From an uncultured virus (IMG/VR IMGVR_UViG_3300035187_003505) (taxonomy: Duplodnaviria; Heunggongvirae; Uroviricota; Caudoviricetes), in the IMG/VR virus record IMGVR_UViG_3300035187_003505: a DNA stretch of 64,000 nucleotides; one strand, written 5' to 3'. Shown piece by piece: positions 28,053 through 36,355 of this stretch (position 1 is the first letter of the stretch; each line of letters starts with the position of its first letter). Both the position numbers and the translations under genes were made by a program. The notes under the pieces are model-generated. The model had not been told where the DNA came from. It searched no databases and worked only from the letters and a program-made list of their open reading frames with translations.

Positions 28053-31015
28053 CCGACATTCGTACGGCTACTTTCCTAGCTATCCAACTGAGGGTGGATG
28101 CTAAACGGAAAACCTCCAATACAATTAAATGTAAACCTCCTAATAAACGATGCGGTCGCAGGTGCATCCCAGCAGAATGGGATTGCAGAATTAAAGGTGA
28201 AGGACATGATACTCATCAACGAGCATCTAACTTTGATCCTTTAAGTGGTGCTGCAAACATACAGCGCGGTACAAAGCGTGTAGCCAAAGGTATTGTCACC
28301 GGAAATGTAGCTGAGGTTGAAGGTGGAACCCGCGCTATCAAACGGGGAATCGTCAAGTCTATTCCAGGTGATGTAGAAAAGAAGAAAAGGGTAAGGGAAA
28401 GTCTAGACAAAAACACTAGGAATCTCACAATTGGACTCGCCTTGGTCACCGGAGGATTTGCACTCCACAATGTGATGAAGAAAGGCTGGCCCGCCTACGC
28501 TAGTGGCCCAGGCCGCGATCTAGATGACTCCATTCGGGTAGGTGTCTCTAGTGTAATGGACCGTGTTCCTGGTATAGGGGGAATCCGTGCAGAACAACGA
28601 CAACAAGCCCAAGGCGCAGGATTGCAAATAGCTAATCGCCTAAACAATATGGCGAATAGAGGACCGGATGCTCTAACACAGCAGCTAGCAGATGTCCCCG
28701 AGACCGTGCGTAATGGAGGTATTGGCCATAATGGTAGAAATAATGTATTAGCCGCACTTAATAGAACGGCGACAGAAGCTAGTACCCAAGGACAATCTTT
28801 TGAAGATTGGCGGCGTAATAGCAGAGAAGCGGTCCTAAACACAACAGTGGCAGGCCGTAGTATATTTGCTGATGATGCTACTTATCAATTCCTATCAAGG
28901 CAGCACGGCCTTGTAGGTCAACGCACAGCAAGTTTAGACAGTGACATAGCTTTTTTACAAAGTCACATGGCTGGCAGCTTAGCTAACCAATCTCAAGCAT
29001 TAAAGCGTGATGCGTTAAATCAAGGTTTCAGTATTCAAGCTACAGGTCGAGATAGTGGGCGCAAGCGTGGAGAAGCACGTACACAATATGTAGATCAAAT
29101 AATAAGACGTGATTTTGCTGGAGCACCTACGCAATTTCAGAATCAAATGCGTGCGCAGCTACGTGATTTGATCAATAAACCAGATGGGCATGATTTTACA
29201 TCCGATGCAGCTAAATTGTACAGAGATACCCGCAGTCAATTCAATCTGCATTTCCGTGCTCTAGCTGATTATGCAGCCGTACCTGCAGGTACACGGACAC
29301 GTCCAGAGCAGCGTAATTTAATAGAACATGTCAATATTGTCCATGCTCAAGTTCTGCATACTAGGCTGCCCGGTGCGTTGAGGGATGTGCAAATTGCAGG
29401 TCCTAGCCACGCAGAGTTCATTCAACAATACAGCTATGATACTAGCGTTATGGGAAATCGCACTTCTTCCCCATCTGCTCGGATGATAAAGGCTGCGGCT
29501 GAGGATATGGCAGGGTATCCGATGACTGGCTTGAACAATGCTCGTGATTACTTGCGGCAACAAGGTTACACCCAACTGAGTACAGTCACACCAACAGCAT
29601 TTCCTAGGAGTCGCCCTCGGGGGGATGTTGCAGATCGTCCGTCCCCTGCCTACATAGCAGCGTATATGGAAACCATGCACCGTTATGATGCAGGTAAAGG
29701 TAAGCCCTGTGGTGAAAGCTACATCCCACAAGCACATAAATGTGGAAAACAATCGGTCGCGACTTCTGCTGGACGAACTGAGACTTTTGCTAATGAGCAC
29801 GATGCACAGTACAAGACCAAGGCTATCGCTAGTTTTTTCGCTCGTGTGGGTATAACTGCAGGTGCAGGGGTTATGGCCTATAAATCCGCACAAGATGTTA
29901 TAGAGGGGAAAAGTATAAATACATTCGCGCCTATGGGCTATGCCTTAATTGCTAGTCTAGGGGTAGCTAGCTTGGTCCGTGAGCAAAAAGTCACCAAAAG
30001 TCCAGAAAGACTAGCTGCAGAATTGCAAGAACTAAAACGGGCTCAAGGCGTAGAGCCGGAAACACTCGATAAACTTAGCAAATTTGTTTTAGATAGCCAG
30101 ATTGATGTTAGACGAGTAGGTACTAAGGAGATTATAGTAGGAATGGCAGGATATTTTGATACGGCTAAACCGGATAGAGTTCATACAGTTGGCGGCTTTG
30201 GTACTCATGATAGAACCTATAAGAGCAAAGATCCTGTGGATGCTATAGACAATGGATTAAGACGGTTCATCGAAGATCGTTCTGCCCTATCTACAGATAA
30301 ACAGGATGCTCGTAACATTACTAATACCCGCGAGTTTAGACGTAATTTCGCTGTTTCTGGGTATATAGGTAATAACAAAGGTGCGGTGACAGCTATTACA
30401 ATCCACGAGCTGGGGCATGCTCTCCACTACAGAGGGGATTTTGCAACACCTAAATCAGTAAGAGTAAACGGTAAAGAGTATTCAGGGGCTGAATTACAAG
30501 CCGAACTTATACGTTCTTCCAGTATTTACGGGCAGAGTGATGTGCGTAGGGCAATCCAACCACAACCGGGCAGTTACTATCAGCAGGGTAATCGACTGGA
30601 GACTTTCACAGAAAATTTTGTGTTGTATGCGGCGAACGGTAAGAATATGAAAGAGGCATTCCCTGTTTCGTACGCTTGGACAAAAGCTACAGTGGATTAC
30701 GCGCTGGCTAAGCCAGCTAAAAAATCAGCACGCCCATTTACAGATGTATTCCGAGATCTAGCAAAAGGTACGGAGCGCTTCAATCCAGATAAAGTCCTAC
30801 CTAAACCTAAAACAAGGGCTAAGGAAGATAGCGCAGAGGACGACCGCTTCTTTGCCTTCTACAAAGAGATGCAGGAAGCCGCGACCTCGGGGGATGTCCT
30901 GAAGTCCATTCAAGTCCTTGCCCGTGCCCAAGTGCTACCTCAAGCACAGAAACAAATGATTGGAGCGTTGATGGAGACAGCGTGCCTTTACCGATCCCTT
31001 CGTGACTTATTATGA
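28049..31015 (+). CDS. putative virion-internal polyprotein: two CG-x3-I-x5-C modules, membrane helices, C-terminal zincin metallopeptidase
   Basis: CGRRCIPAEWDC and CGESYIPQAHKC; IHELGHALH plus downstream S.YG...ETFTENF. Confidence 0.75.
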   Translation: MTDIRTATFLAIQLRVDAKRKTSNTIKCKPPNKRCGRRCIPAEWDCRIKGEGHDTHQRASNFDPLSGAANIQRGTKRVAKGIVTGNVAEVEGGTRAIKRGIVKSIPGDVEKKKRVRESLDKNTRNLTIGLALVTGGFALHNVMKKGWPAYASGPGRDLDDSIRVGVSSVMDRVPGIGGIRAEQRQQAQGAGLQIANRLNNMANRGPDALTQQLADVPETVRNGGIGHNGRNNVLAALNRTATEASTQGQSFEDWRRNSREAVLNTTVAGRSIFADDATYQFLSRQHGLVGQRTASLDSDIAFLQSHMAGSLANQSQALKRDALNQGFSIQATGRDSGRKRGEARTQYVDQIIRRDFAGAPTQFQNQMRAQLRDLINKPDGHDFTSDAAKLYRDTRSQFNLHFRALADYAAVPAGTRTRPEQRNLIEHVNIVHAQVLHTRLPGALRDVQIAGPSHAEFIQQYSYDTSVMGNRTSSPSARMIKAAAEDMAGYPMTGLNNARDYLRQQGYTQLSTVTPTAFPRSRPRGDVADRPSPAYIAAYMETMHRYDAGKGKPCGESYIPQAHKCGKQSVATSAGRTETFANEHDAQYKTKAIASFFARVGITAGAGVMAYKSAQDVIEGKSINTFAPMGYALIASLGVASLVREQKVTKSPERLAAELQELKRAQGVEPETLDKLSKFVLDSQIDVRRVGTKEIIVGMAGYFDTAKPDRVHTVGGFGTHDRTYKSKDPVDAIDNGLRRFIEDRSALSTDKQDARNITNTREFRRNFAVSGYIGNNKGAVTAITIHELGHALHYRGDFATPKSVRVNGKEYSGAELQAELIRSSSIYGQSDVRRAIQPQPGSYYQQGNRLETFTENFVLYAANGKNMKEAFPVSYAWTKATVDYALAKPAKKSARPFTDVFRDLAKGTERFNPDKVLPKPKTRAKEDSAEDDRFFAFYKEMQEAATSGDVLKSIQVLARAQVLPQAQKQMIGALMETACLYRSLRDLL

Positions 31016-31278
31016 ATTTCCCATCAGTACAGATCCGTTGGCCGAAGGCACTGACTACTAGTGTCGTAGCCACAACTATGTTCGGCGTAGCTTTCCTAAT
31101 CCGTTGCGAACATTCCCCAACCCTGCCTGGTGGGTGGCCTAGCTGTTGGATTGTCAGTGGCTCTATTATGGGAGTTCCTTTTATGAAAAGCATGGCTGAG
31201 AAGGCCGGTTTCGTGAATGGGTATAATACTTACAACCCCGCTCTTCGCAAACCTCGTGAGGAGGACGAGGTCACTTAA
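31012..31278 (+). CDS. small two-helix membrane protein (holin-like)
   Basis: Two hydrophobic segments, charged tail, upstream of a peptidase gene. Confidence 0.55.
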   Translation: MNFPSVQIRWPKALTTSVVATTMFGVAFLIRCEHSPTLPGGWPSCWIVSGSIMGVPFMKSMAEKAGFVNGYNTYNPALRKPREEDEVT

Positions 31279-31328
31279 TCACACATCCACCTTTCCCTCT
31301 TTCTCTCTCTCTATCCTTAATTATTGTC

Positions 31329-31907
31329 ATGATCATCAGTCAAGAGTGGAAAACAACAGTCCACGCACTCAACCTCTCCCAGCCTGACGCTTCTACCTGC
31401 CAATCCGCCTGCATTGCAATGGCGGTAGGTGATAAAGACGTGCTAGGGGTTCGTCGAAAGTTGAATCGTCTGCCTGGTGCGGCGGGGGATACTACTAACA
31501 TGGGCAAAGTAATTCGTGGCTATATCGGTGACCGATATATCTACAACAACACCGCTTCGCTCAACGACATTGTTGGTTATCTAAAAGCTGGTGAGTTTCT
31601 CATCACTCACGGCTATTTCACCGGATCCGGGCATGTTATCGCTCTTGATGGTGTAAAACTTAAAAAGGATGCCACTTACTCCTTTAACGTAAAAGATCCT
31701 TGGTCGGAGTTCGACGGCCCTAGCTGGACCTATAACAATCCCAAGTCCACATTCTATGACGGGTTCTACTCCGATAAAATCATCTACGCGGCCTGCGTAC
31801 CCAGCGAGAGTGTTTGGGATGCTGCTCAGTGGTACGATAGCCGCCCTGATTACAACCTAAAGAAAGCCTGGGTGCATAGAATCTTGCCGGCTGTGCCTCA
31901 ACGGTAA
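31329..31907 (+). CDS. C39-like (papain-fold) peptidase, possible endolysin
   Basis: Q....TCQSACIAM (Cys), GHVIAL (His), V.DPW (Asp). Confidence 0.8.
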   Translation: MIISQEWKTTVHALNLSQPDASTCQSACIAMAVGDKDVLGVRRKLNRLPGAAGDTTNMGKVIRGYIGDRYIYNNTASLNDIVGYLKAGEFLITHGYFTGSGHVIALDGVKLKKDATYSFNVKDPWSEFDGPSWTYNNPKSTFYDGFYSDKIIYAACVPSESVWDAAQWYDSRPDYNLKKAWVHRILPAVPQR

Positions 31908-31939
31908 CCTGAGGGGGAGAATCCCTATCTACCCAGGCC

Positions 31940-32830
31940 ATGCCGATCCCCGCAGCATTCCTTAAAAAGGGTCGTAAAAAGCCTGCCGAAGGTAGTGCTG
32001 CGGAGGAAGGAATGGAGTCTTCGAAGATGGAAAAAGGGGAGTCCCCCGAGTACGGTGATGCCCCCCACGGGAAAGGTAAGAAGCCCTGCGCCGCTTGCAT
32101 GAATAAGGGTAAGAAAAAAGGCTCTTGCGGCTGTGAGGATAAAGCCAAGATGGACCGGGCATTATCCCCGCAGGAATACCTCAGCGCATGTGATTTGGGT
32201 ATTCAGGGTCGCAGCAAAAACTACATCCGATCACGGCTCGATGCTGTAGCAACCATGAATAAAGGTCAGGGCACTAAGTGCGGCAACAGCTACATCGGAA
32301 AAGGGAAGAAGTGCAAATCCGGTGCTGGTGGATTGGCTAGCAGTACGCCCGCGAGTGGGGGTAAGAAGCCAGCGAAGTTTGAGCGTAATATCGCTTTAGG
32401 ATATGCAGGATTAAACGCTATTCAAGCAGCACAAGGACTTGCTTCGGGTAACTACGCAAGAGTCGGGGCCGCCGTAGGTTCGGGAATTGGTAACACACTC
32501 GCTGCCCGTAGCTTCCAGAAAGGTAACCGTGGGGCAGGCTATGGGCATTTCTTAGGTACATCTACTGCATTAGGTATGGCCGGTGCTGCTGGAGGTGCTG
32601 TTGCAGGGAGCCCTGGTACGCGACTTAAGGTCCGCGAATGGGTAAAAGAGGCCAGGGATAATCCCTATCGCGATCTCGGGGTTAAGCGGGGGGCCAGTCC
32701 AGAAGAAGTCAAAAAGGCGTACCGTAAGAAAGCCCAGCAAACTCACCCGGATGCTGGTGGTAGCGCAGAAGCTTTCCGTCGCACGAAGGCGTCATACGAG
32801 AAGATCAATAGCAAGTACAAGAATAAGTAA
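31940..32830 (+). CDS. CG-x3-I-x5-C module protein with Gly/Ala helices and C-terminal J-domain
   Basis: KCGNSYIGKGKKC; NPYRDLGV..GAS.EEVKKAYRKKAQQTHPDAGG with intact HPD. Confidence 0.85.
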   Translation: MPIPAAFLKKGRKKPAEGSAAEEGMESSKMEKGESPEYGDAPHGKGKKPCAACMNKGKKKGSCGCEDKAKMDRALSPQEYLSACDLGIQGRSKNYIRSRLDAVATMNKGQGTKCGNSYIGKGKKCKSGAGGLASSTPASGGKKPAKFERNIALGYAGLNAIQAAQGLASGNYARVGAAVGSGIGNTLAARSFQKGNRGAGYGHFLGTSTALGMAGAAGGAVAGSPGTRLKVREWVKEARDNPYRDLGVKRGASPEEVKKAYRKKAQQTHPDAGGSAEAFRRTKASYEKINSKYKNK

Positions 32831-32831
32831 T

Positions 32832-33677
32832 ATGCCACTTACTGCAGGAAAGCTCCGCCTCGACCTTAAGTGCGGCTCCGGGTATATTGCTCAAAGCAAG
32901 AAATGCCACAAAGAGAGCAGCCCCCCGAGCCCGAAACCCAGTTCCCCAACAGGTCGCAAAGTTGCTATAGGGGCGGCCCTGGCCAGTACCGCCGCTCTCG
33001 GGGCTGGCCTGGCTCTGTCCTCCTCCCGCAAGCAGATCTTCAATGCTCCAGCAGCAGTGCGGCGTGCCGCCCAAAACGGAGTAGCTGAAGTTGTAAATAG
33101 AGCTACATCACCCAAACCTTCAATGAAGTTCTCCTCTGAGGGGACTAGTGAGATGGTGAAAGGCTTAAAGAAGCGGTCTATTCGCCGCAAGTTGGTATTA
33201 ACTATGGAGGCTGCTAGGCGCAAGCAAGAGCCTGGTTATCGCAAACCCCCACTAAAGTTGACTGCTGGAGCAATGCGTGAACCGCGTAAAGGTAAAAAAC
33301 CTAGGTCTTTGCTGCGTACAGCACAGCTAACGATGGAAGCTGCAAGGCGTAAGCAGGAGCCTGGTTATAGAAAGCCTGCTAGGAACTCCAAGCGGAATGA
33401 CAAATCCCCCGCCTGGCAGCGCAAGGAGGGCAAAAACCCCGAGGGCGGCCTTAACGCCGCAGGCATCGCCTCCTACCGCAAGCAGCATCCAGGCTCTAAG
33501 CTCTCCCTCGCGGTAACTACCGACCCATCCAAACTCAAACCCGGATCAGCGAGAGCAGAAAGACGACGGAGGTTCTGTGCCCGCATGTCGGGAATGAAGC
33601 GTAAGCTAACCAGCGCGAAAATCGCCAATAACCCAGATTCACGGATCAACAAGACGTTACGGAAGTGGAACTGCTGA
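32832..33677 (+). CDS. CG-x3-I-x5-C module protein with C-terminal DUF6321-like basic domain
   Basis: ATG 32832; KCGSGYIAQSKKC; AWQRKEGKNPEGGLN...RRRFCARMSGMK...SRINKTLRKWNC. Confidence 0.8.
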   Translation: MPLTAGKLRLDLKCGSGYIAQSKKCHKESSPPSPKPSSPTGRKVAIGAALASTAALGAGLALSSSRKQIFNAPAAVRRAAQNGVAEVVNRATSPKPSMKFSSEGTSEMVKGLKKRSIRRKLVLTMEAARRKQEPGYRKPPLKLTAGAMREPRKGKKPRSLLRTAQLTMEAARRKQEPGYRKPARNSKRNDKSPAWQRKEGKNPEGGLNAAGIASYRKQHPGSKLSLAVTTDPSKLKPGSARAERRRRFCARMSGMKRKLTSAKIANNPDSRINKTLRKWNC

Positions 33678-33691
33678 TCCGCTAATAAGAA

Positions 33692-34333
33692 TCAAACCTT
33701 TGCTAATGTTACCAGTTCCGGCTGGTATTGGTATTTACCATTCCTATCCGCATAAGTAGTTTCACAGGGATCCCCCTCAAAGAAAAGTAGTTGGCAAATA
33801 CCCTCTTCGGCATAAATACGGCAATCGGCACCAGAAGAATTACTGAACTCTAGAGTTAGATGTCCCTCCCATGCAGCCTCTGCTGGCGTGGTATTCACAA
33901 TGATCCCCAACCGAGCATAAGTGCTTTTTCCCAAGCAGATCACAGTGATATTCGGCGGCACCCGTAGTTTCTCCAGCGCTACCCCGAGACCGTAGGTATG
34001 CGCCGGCAGGATGAAGTAGCGACCATCCTCATCCTGATGGAGAAGAGCTGGCTCCAGGTTGGCGGGATTGACCCGCTTGGGGTTCATCACCGTGCCGGGG
34101 ACATGGCGGAAAATCTTAAATTCGGCGGCTGACAACCTAATGTCGTAGCCATAACTACTTGTGCCAAAGCTCAGCACCGGAACCTCGGCTGGCGGCCAAT
34201 CAAGATCCAGGAGCGAGGCACGTTCGCTCTGGAAGCGCTCGGCTACTTTGACCTTCCGCACTAGCTCCTGCTGATAGGGCTCGATCATCCCAGCGGCAGC
34301 TTGCTGCCTTATCCAGATGTCGTTCTTAAGCAC
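33692..34333 (-). CDS. dcd: dCTP deaminase
   Basis: SSYGYD, GKSTYARLG, TPAEAAWEG.LTLE, EGICQ, Y.DR.GKYQ. Confidence 0.95.
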   Translation of the reverse strand: MLKNDIWIRQQAAAGMIEPYQQELVRKVKVAERFQSERASLLDLDWPPAEVPVLSFGTSSYGYDIRLSAAEFKIFRHVPGTVMNPKRVNPANLEPALLHQDEDGRYFILPAHTYGLGVALEKLRVPPNITVICLGKSTYARLGIIVNTTPAEAAWEGHLTLEFSNSSGADCRIYAEEGICQLLFFEGDPCETTYADRNGKYQYQPELVTLAKV

Positions 34334-34667
34334 AAGCTTTTTGGCGAGTAGCTGCTAGCTTACGCCCCCGAGCGCGACGGTTGTGGCGTTTACGTCCAAT
34401 AGTGGGGGAGGCGTTAACAAAGATAGGTAGATAGTTAGGTCTCGTATTGTGATAGACGCGATTCATTGCCGCCTTGGTGCGTTCAGATAATATAGACGCA
34501 AACTGCTTAGAATCGAGCAATATAGTGTCCAGTTTCTCCCTCATGTTAAAGTTCTCTACGATGCGCGTAACCGGCTCATTTAGTAGTTCAAGCATTTCAT
34601 CAGCAGTCATGCCTGTAGTACTGCAAGCAGCATTTTGTATGTTTATCCCTAGGTCGTCCTTAAACAT
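34326..34667 (-). CDS. small protein with capsid-protein-derived segment and Arg-rich C-terminus
   Basis: TADEMLELLNEPVTRIVEN matches MCP TADEVLELLNEPVTRIVEN; 8-bp overlaps with neighbours. Confidence 0.7.
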   Translation of the reverse strand: MFKDDLGINIQNAACSTTGMTADEMLELLNEPVTRIVENFNMREKLDTILLDSKQFASILSERTKAAMNRVYHNTRPNYLPIFVNASPTIGRKRHNRRARGRKLAATRQKACA

Positions 34668-34932
34668 GGCAGTTTGAAAAGTAAGAGCGTGGTTTAACTA
34701 AATTAAATGGCTGATCCGCTACTGGATTAAGCATGTAGAAAGGGTGCCTTACTACACGTAGGATTTGAGGATTGCGGCCATAAATATTGATGAGCTGCTC
34801 TCTAAAAACTAAGATTTGCGTGTTTAGATCCTCTAGACTCAACCCGCCATCGGGTTCATACATAAACAACGCAAGTGCTGTAGTGGTTTGTACTGCTACG
34901 AGGTCTATCATAAGAAGTGATGAGTTATTCAT
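34660..34932 (-). CDS. hypothetical protein
   Basis: 8-bp overlaps within a four-gene minus-strand cassette. Confidence 0.6.
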   Translation of the reverse strand: MNNSSLLMIDLVAVQTTTALALFMYEPDGGLSLEDLNTQILVFREQLINIYGRNPQILRVVRHPFYMLNPVADQPFNLVKPRSYFSNCHV

Positions 34933-35215
34933 AAAAAGCTCTGTGTAGTTCGCACATAGCTACTAACCTCTTCCCCCGAGCACGCCTGCGTCTTCGCTTA
35001 CGCCCGATAGGGAATGACTCCTCCTTAACCCATGAATAAAACAAACCCCGCATAATCTCATCACGCCGCTGTAGCTCTAAGTTCAGCTTACGACTAAAAT
35101 CCACAAAAGGTTTAATGCTCTCGTTCAAAGCAGCACCAAAAGCCCGTAGAGCCTCTTTTAACTGCGCCATATTAGCATTTATCTTGGCCACAAGCTCTTT
35201 ATCCATAAAACCCAA
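34925..35215 (-). CDS. hypothetical protein with Arg-rich C-terminus (start uncertain)
   Basis: PIGRKRRRRRARGKRL shared with 34326..34667. Confidence 0.65.
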   Translation of the reverse strand: MGFMDKELVAKINANMAQLKEALRAFGAALNESIKPFVDFSRKLNLELQRRDEIMRGLFYSWVKEESFPIGRKRRRRRARGKRLVAMCELHRAFYE

Positions 35216-35269
35216 GACAAGTGTCCACGCAGGTGCCTCGCTAGAATAGCATACATACCACCGGTAATC

Positions 35270-36319
35270 ATGCCCATAACCACCGCTTCACTAAGATTCG
35301 ACAAGAAATGCGGTGCGTCAGGCATACCAGACAACAAGAAATGCTCCAAAAAGACCACTGCGCCCAGTTCTAATCCAACAATCACCCCGAGCCTGATCGG
35401 CAAAGTCGCCCTTGGGGCCGGGATCGCAGTCCTAGGCATCTCCGCCGCACGCCGTTTCGCTCGCCGCGACCCCAATTGGCAGGGCTTCACCGCCCCTGGT
35501 GAGGACTGGGATCGAATCGAAGCTGAGGCGCGGAAGCGCGGCAAACAGTGGGATGTCTTTGAAGATAATAAGAAAGCCAACGCAGTTGCATGTGCAGCAT
35601 CCAAGATTGATCACTGGATTAGAGAAGATGACTTTGTTCCGACTCCACGATGTCTAGGGGGCCAAGGTGCTTACGGTAATTATGTTGTCCACCCGTCTAA
35701 TAAATACGGTATAAAATACTTAAAGAACAACGACCTCGGGGCTATACCTAATAAATTCCTGAGCGGCCCCACAGAAAGCTTACTCCCTGAAGGGGAGATA
35801 CTAAGGCACGCTAACATCAATAATGTGCCATCCCCTCAGCTATACAAAGCTACTGACCGGGTATTGGTCATGGAGCACTTGAACAATTATTCCCCTTTAT
35901 CTACGCATGGGGTAAGTTCTAGTATGTTCTCACTTAAATACACCGCACCACTACAGTTAAAACGCCAAATGTTAGACCTCTACCGCTCTTTACACATGAG
36001 TGGTCTCGTACACAACGATGGGCACTTAAAAAATATAATGTTTAACCCAAAAACCAGAAGCCTTAAATTCATCGACTTTGGCCTAGCCGAATTCGCTACA
36101 GAAAATCGAACTAGCGCCCGCGATTTCATCAATGAGCTTACTCAAGTACCACGCCGCGTAGGTTTATCAGAATACGCAATAGAGACATTTGAAAGCCGGT
36201 GGGCTCCTCAGTGGGATCCTATAGAAAACGCGCTGCGTACTTATGAAACCGATCACGTAGACAAAGTTGTAAGAGGTTATTACAGAAGTTTAGAGACCGC
36301 TTTATTAAAAAGCTACTAG
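35270..36319 (+). CDS. CG-x3-I-x5-C module protein with membrane helix and Ser/Thr protein kinase-like domain
   Basis: GQGAYG loop, YGIK, EGEIL, HNDGHLKN, IDFGLA; N-term KCGASGIPDNKKC. Confidence 0.88.
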   Translation: MPITTASLRFDKKCGASGIPDNKKCSKKTTAPSSNPTITPSLIGKVALGAGIAVLGISAARRFARRDPNWQGFTAPGEDWDRIEAEARKRGKQWDVFEDNKKANAVACAASKIDHWIREDDFVPTPRCLGGQGAYGNYVVHPSNKYGIKYLKNNDLGAIPNKFLSGPTESLLPEGEILRHANINNVPSPQLYKATDRVLVMEHLNNYSPLSTHGVSSSMFSLKYTAPLQLKRQMLDLYRSLHMSGLVHNDGHLKNIMFNPKTRSLKFIDFGLAEFATENRTSARDFINELTQVPRRVGLSEYAIETFESRWAPQWDPIENALRTYETDHVDKVVRGYYRSLETALLKSY

Positions 36320-36355
36320 GCTGATTGCCCCTAAACGCCAGCCGTAAACTGGTGC

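Noticed and set aside
35179..35604. Minus-strand 141-aa hydrophobic ORF
   Set aside because: Overlaps the kinase gene N-terminus, whose module is supported by paralogs
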